From contig NC_007614.1 in the NCBI RefSeq assembly GCF_000196355.1, positions 960,001 to 992,000 on the forward strand: a stretch of 32,000 bases of DNA, read 5' to 3'. Positions 28,873 to 32,000 of this stretch are shown here, in pieces. Below the pieces are notes generated by a model. It was not told where the DNA came from, ran no database searches, and saw only the letters and a program-made list of their open reading frames with translations. The position numbers and the translations under genes are program-made. Within the stretch, counting starts at the first letter, position 1. Each line of letters opens with the position of its first letter. This stretch comes from Nitrosospira multiformis ATCC 25196. GTDB taxonomy: Bacteria > Pseudomonadota > Gammaproteobacteria > Burkholderiales > Nitrosomonadaceae.

Positions 28873-29316
28873 TTTGCGATTCCAGCCATTGAAATTACTC
28901 CTTCCTTTCCATGTATGATTTGGACCGTTCCATGAGCAAAAAAAATTCTGGCTGGATCGATGTTAATACGGATATAACGCATCACCGGCACTTTGGTTGT
29001 CATACTTGAATAATCTCTGGCAAGTCTGGATTTTCCGCTTTTTTGAAGCAAGAACGGTAGAGCTTCGAGTTCCGAGTGGAGTAGCTGGGCGTGCTTCGTC
29101 GTTAAATCGAAATAGAGAGGGTTTCCCGCTTTCGCGGGCATGACGGCATCTCGATAGACCGATGCCCGGGAGCCCTTCGGTTTTGGTCCTGACTGCTAAT
29201 TTATTCCGGACAGAAGGGTGTTTTTGCAGGAAAGACGGTGCCAAGAAGGAAAAACGGCTTCTTCTTTCGCCGCTCAGGCTCTCCTTGTTGGAGTGCAGGC
29301 TCTATAATATGGGCCC

Positions 29317-30768
29317 ATGTCATCCGCGTCCTCCCACATTCGTCCCCAGCCTGACCAGGTTCTGGTCGACATTGCAGATTATGTGGTGGGACGGGATATT
29401 CAAAGCGATCTGGCTTACGCTACCGCCCGTCACTGCCTGATGGATTCCCTGGGGTGCGCCATGGAAGCGCTTGCGTATCCGGCCTGCACCAAGCTGCTTG
29501 GGCCGCTCGTGCCCGAGGCTGCCGAATCTGAGGGCGGCGCGAGGATTCCGGGTACCCAGTTTCAGTTCAATCCGGTGGAAGCGGCATTCAATATCGGCAC
29601 GATGATTCGCTGGCTCGATTTCAACGATACCTGGCTGGCTGCGGAATGGGGTCATCCATCGGATAACCTGGGGGCCATACTGGCTGTAGCCGACTGGCTT
29701 TCGCGCAGTGCCACGAGCGGGAGGCGGCGGCCGCTTATGCGCGATGTGTTGACCGCGATGATAAAGGCATACGAGATCCAGGGTTGCTTCGCTTTGGAAA
29801 ACAGCTTCAACAGGGTGGGCCTGGATCATGTGGTGCTGGTTAAAGTTGCCTCCACAGCCGTCGTAACGCATCTGCTGGGCGGCAGCCGTAAACAGATCGT
29901 CGATGCGCTTTCCCAGGCGTGGGTGGACGGGCAGGCACTTCGCACGTATCGTCATGCCCCCAACACCGGCTCGCGCAAATCCTGGGCTGCGGGGGATGCC
30001 ACCAGTCGTGCGGTATGGCTTGCGCTGATCACACTCAAGGGGGAGCCAGGCTATCCTTCAGCGCTTACCGCGAAAACCTGGGGGTTCTACGATGTGCTGT
30101 TCAAGGGAGAACCTTTCAAATTCCAGAGGCCCATCGAACGATGGCATTCCTATGTAATGGAGAATGTGCTGCTCAAGATTTCGTTCCCCGCCGAATTCCA
30201 CTCCCAGACAGCGGCGGAGTGTGCGATGCAGCTATACCCGCACGTGAAGGACCGGATTGCCGATATCCGGAAAATAACGATCCGCACCCACGAGGCCGCG
30301 ATTCGTATCATCGACAAGAAGGGGCCGCTCAGCAGCCCGGCCGACCGCGACCATTGCATGCAGTATATCGTGGCAGTGGCCCTTATTTTCGGCAGGCTTA
30401 CCTCTGCCGATTATGAGGATGGCGTGGCCGCCGACCCTCGCATAGATGCGTTGCGGGACAAGATAATCTGTATTGAGGATCCGTGCTTCACAAAGGATTA
30501 TTACGATCCCGAAAAACGCTCCATCGCAAACGGTCTCACCCTTGAATTCAGGGACGGCAGTAAACTGGAGGAAGTGGTGGTGGAGTATCCCATCGGCCAC
30601 AGGTTGCGTCGAAGCGAAGGCATTCCGCTACTGGAAGAAAAATTTAGAATCAATCTTGGGCGGCGTTTCCCCGCCCAGCAGTGCGAGGCAATCATGAATG
30701 CCTGTCATGATCAAGGCAGGCTGGAAGCAATGCCGGTTCACGAGTTTATCGATCTGTTTGTGATTTAG
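29317..30768 (+). CDS. prpD: MmgE/PrpD family 2-methylcitrate dehydratase
   Basis: 483 aa; [104 protein letters not shown]. Confidence 0.93.
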   Translation: MSSASSHIRPQPDQVLVDIADYVVGRDIQSDLAYATARHCLMDSLGCAMEALAYPACTKLLGPLVPEAAESEGGARIPGTQFQFNPVEAAFNIGTMIRWLDFNDTWLAAEWGHPSDNLGAILAVADWLSRSATSGRRRPLMRDVLTAMIKAYEIQGCFALENSFNRVGLDHVVLVKVASTAVVTHLLGGSRKQIVDALSQAWVDGQALRTYRHAPNTGSRKSWAAGDATSRAVWLALITLKGEPGYPSALTAKTWGFYDVLFKGEPFKFQRPIERWHSYVMENVLLKISFPAEFHSQTAAECAMQLYPHVKDRIADIRKITIRTHEAAIRIIDKKGPLSSPADRDHCMQYIVAVALIFGRLTSADYEDGVAADPRIDALRDKIICIEDPCFTKDYYDPEKRSIANGLTLEFRDGSKLEEVVVEYPIGHRLRRSEGIPLLEEKFRINLGRRFPAQQCEAIMNACHDQGRLEAMPVHEFIDLFVI

Positions 30769-32000
30769 GTGAGCTGGTTGCTGCTTCCGGATGTGTAACT
30801 TGAGGCGGGGTGAGTTCCCTTTCGGTGAAGTCGTGACCGCTCCCCTGCCGGGAAGAGTTTGTATCCAGCAGTATCCGGAGAGTATTGAGCCTCAATCTCC
30901 ACGAAGCGACGGTTGCCGGGTCTGCTGACAGGGCGGCTAGCAATTGTTCCACTCCGTCGGTATGGGAGGTGTCGCAGGTGGAGAAGAAACAGCGAAGTTC
31001 CTCACTGTTCGTGATGCCTGTCCGCTGCGCGAAGCCGGGATAATCTTCGCGCAGATGAGAAGCCAGCCATGCCTGATCGATCCATTGCTTCAACTGGCTA
31101 TAGCTGAAGCAGGTGCGTATCGCGAGATCCACAGGGTCAGCATTGCTGAGGTTTTCGATATTATCGAACCCTTCCCGCTCCAGTCTCAATTCGTGCGAGT
31201 AGCTCATTCCTGCCAGCATGGAAAGCGGCAGCGCGCGGTAGCTCATGGTGGGAATGATTCCTCTGGTCAGTTTAATGACGATCCGCTCAATTCCGAGTGC
31301 AGTCCGTTTCGGATAGAAACCGAGAAAGAAAGCAACAAGAGGCAGGAGGCTCAATCTGGCAGGCAACGGGACTTCCTGTTTCGAAAGGAGTTTTTCGCTA
31401 TTGCCTGATCTTTCAGGAGATGTGGTTTCTCCGGATTCCTCACCGGTAGAAGGCGTTGAGGGTGGGGGGAGCGCGGGTGTCGTGGCATTCACGTCGGAGG
31501 GCGCAGCGGTTGAGGGGGCAGTTGAGGACACATTCACATCGAGTTCGTGTGGCAGCAGCAGATCGAACGCAAAGGAGAGCACCAGCGCCAGCAGGCTTGC
31601 GACGATCATGCGGATAGCGCCATCGACGAACGTATTGGAAGTCAGGTCCATGGTGAAGTAGGCACGGACGACAGAGCCGATGAAATAGACGTAAGCGCCA
31701 AGGAATCCGAACTGGAAAGCCGTCAGGTTGCGGACCAGGTGGGAATAATAGGAACCATTACCCGTTTCATACAGTTCCATGAAGGGGCCCATCATCAACA
31801 TGTTCGCCCCGAGACTGAAATCCACCCCAAGTTCCGCAGACGAGGAAACGGGCTTGAACAGCAGCAGAATGGAACTACCGAGCAGCACGACGACCGTGGT
31901 CAGGCAGACGCTTCCCCTGTAAGTGCCAAAGGAAGCCCGTCGTCCCATCCGCTGACGGATTTCGCCGCGCCGCTCAGGTGGAACGTCGCGGTATAAACGC
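30746..32000 (-). CDS. Uncharacterised multi-spanning membrane protein, 5' end probably beyond the window
   Basis: Minus-strand ORF from 31948 and still open without a stop to 32000 ([21 protein letters not shown]...). Hydrophobic segments near the N-terminus, Ser/Thr/Pro linker ([28 protein letters not shown]), then a cytosolic-looking domain. Confidence 0.7.
   Translation of the reverse strand, partial: RLYRDVPPERRGEIRQRMGRRASFGTYRGSVCLTTVVVLLGSSILLLFKPVSSSAELGVDFSLGANMLMMGPFMELYETGNGSYYSHLVRNLTAFQFGFLGAYVYFIGSVVRAYFTMDLTSNTFVDGAIRMIVASLLALVLSFAFDLLLPHELDVNVSSTAPSTAAPSDVNATTPALPPPSTPSTGEESGETTSPERSGNSEKLLSKQEVPLPARLSLLPLVAFFLGFYPKRTALGIERIVIKLTRGIIPTMSYRALPLSMLAGMSYSHELRLEREGFDNIENLSNADPVDLAIRTCFSYSQLKQWIDQAWLASHLREDYPGFAQRTGITNSEELRCFFSTCDTSHTDGVEQLLAALSADPATVASWRLRLNTLRILLDTNSSRQGSGHDFTERELTPPQVTHPEAATSSPKSQTDR

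Overview
The window is mostly core metabolism from what looks like a betaproteobacterium (Nitrosospira-like by gene content; this is inference). From left to right it holds: (1) a truncated GH79/heparanase-like N-terminal fragment; (2) two DUF1269/glycine-zipper membrane protein genes; (3) a three-gene RND efflux operon (adaptor, HAE1 permease, OprM/NodT-type outer-membrane factor); (4) a debris zone with an SDR N-terminal scrap joined to an F420-reductase-like C-terminal scrap; (5) an M20 amidohydrolase and a TRIC/UPF0126 membrane protein; (6) a long minus-strand TCA cluster, sdhC-sdhD-sdhA-sdhB-sdhE-gltA-sucA-sucB-lpdA; (7) a divergent mdh-prpB-prpC run; (8) about 3.5 kb of accessory DNA with a decayed RelE/HigB-like toxin on the minus strand, a standalone SIR2-domain protein, and two translationally coupled envelope genes, followed by a prpD-like gene; (9) a membrane protein running off the right edge. 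The best candidate for an under-described system is the SIR2-domain protein at about 26247-27602, placed between prpC and prpD. I see no complete multi-gene defence system, CRISPR array, rRNA, tRNA or intact mobile element.
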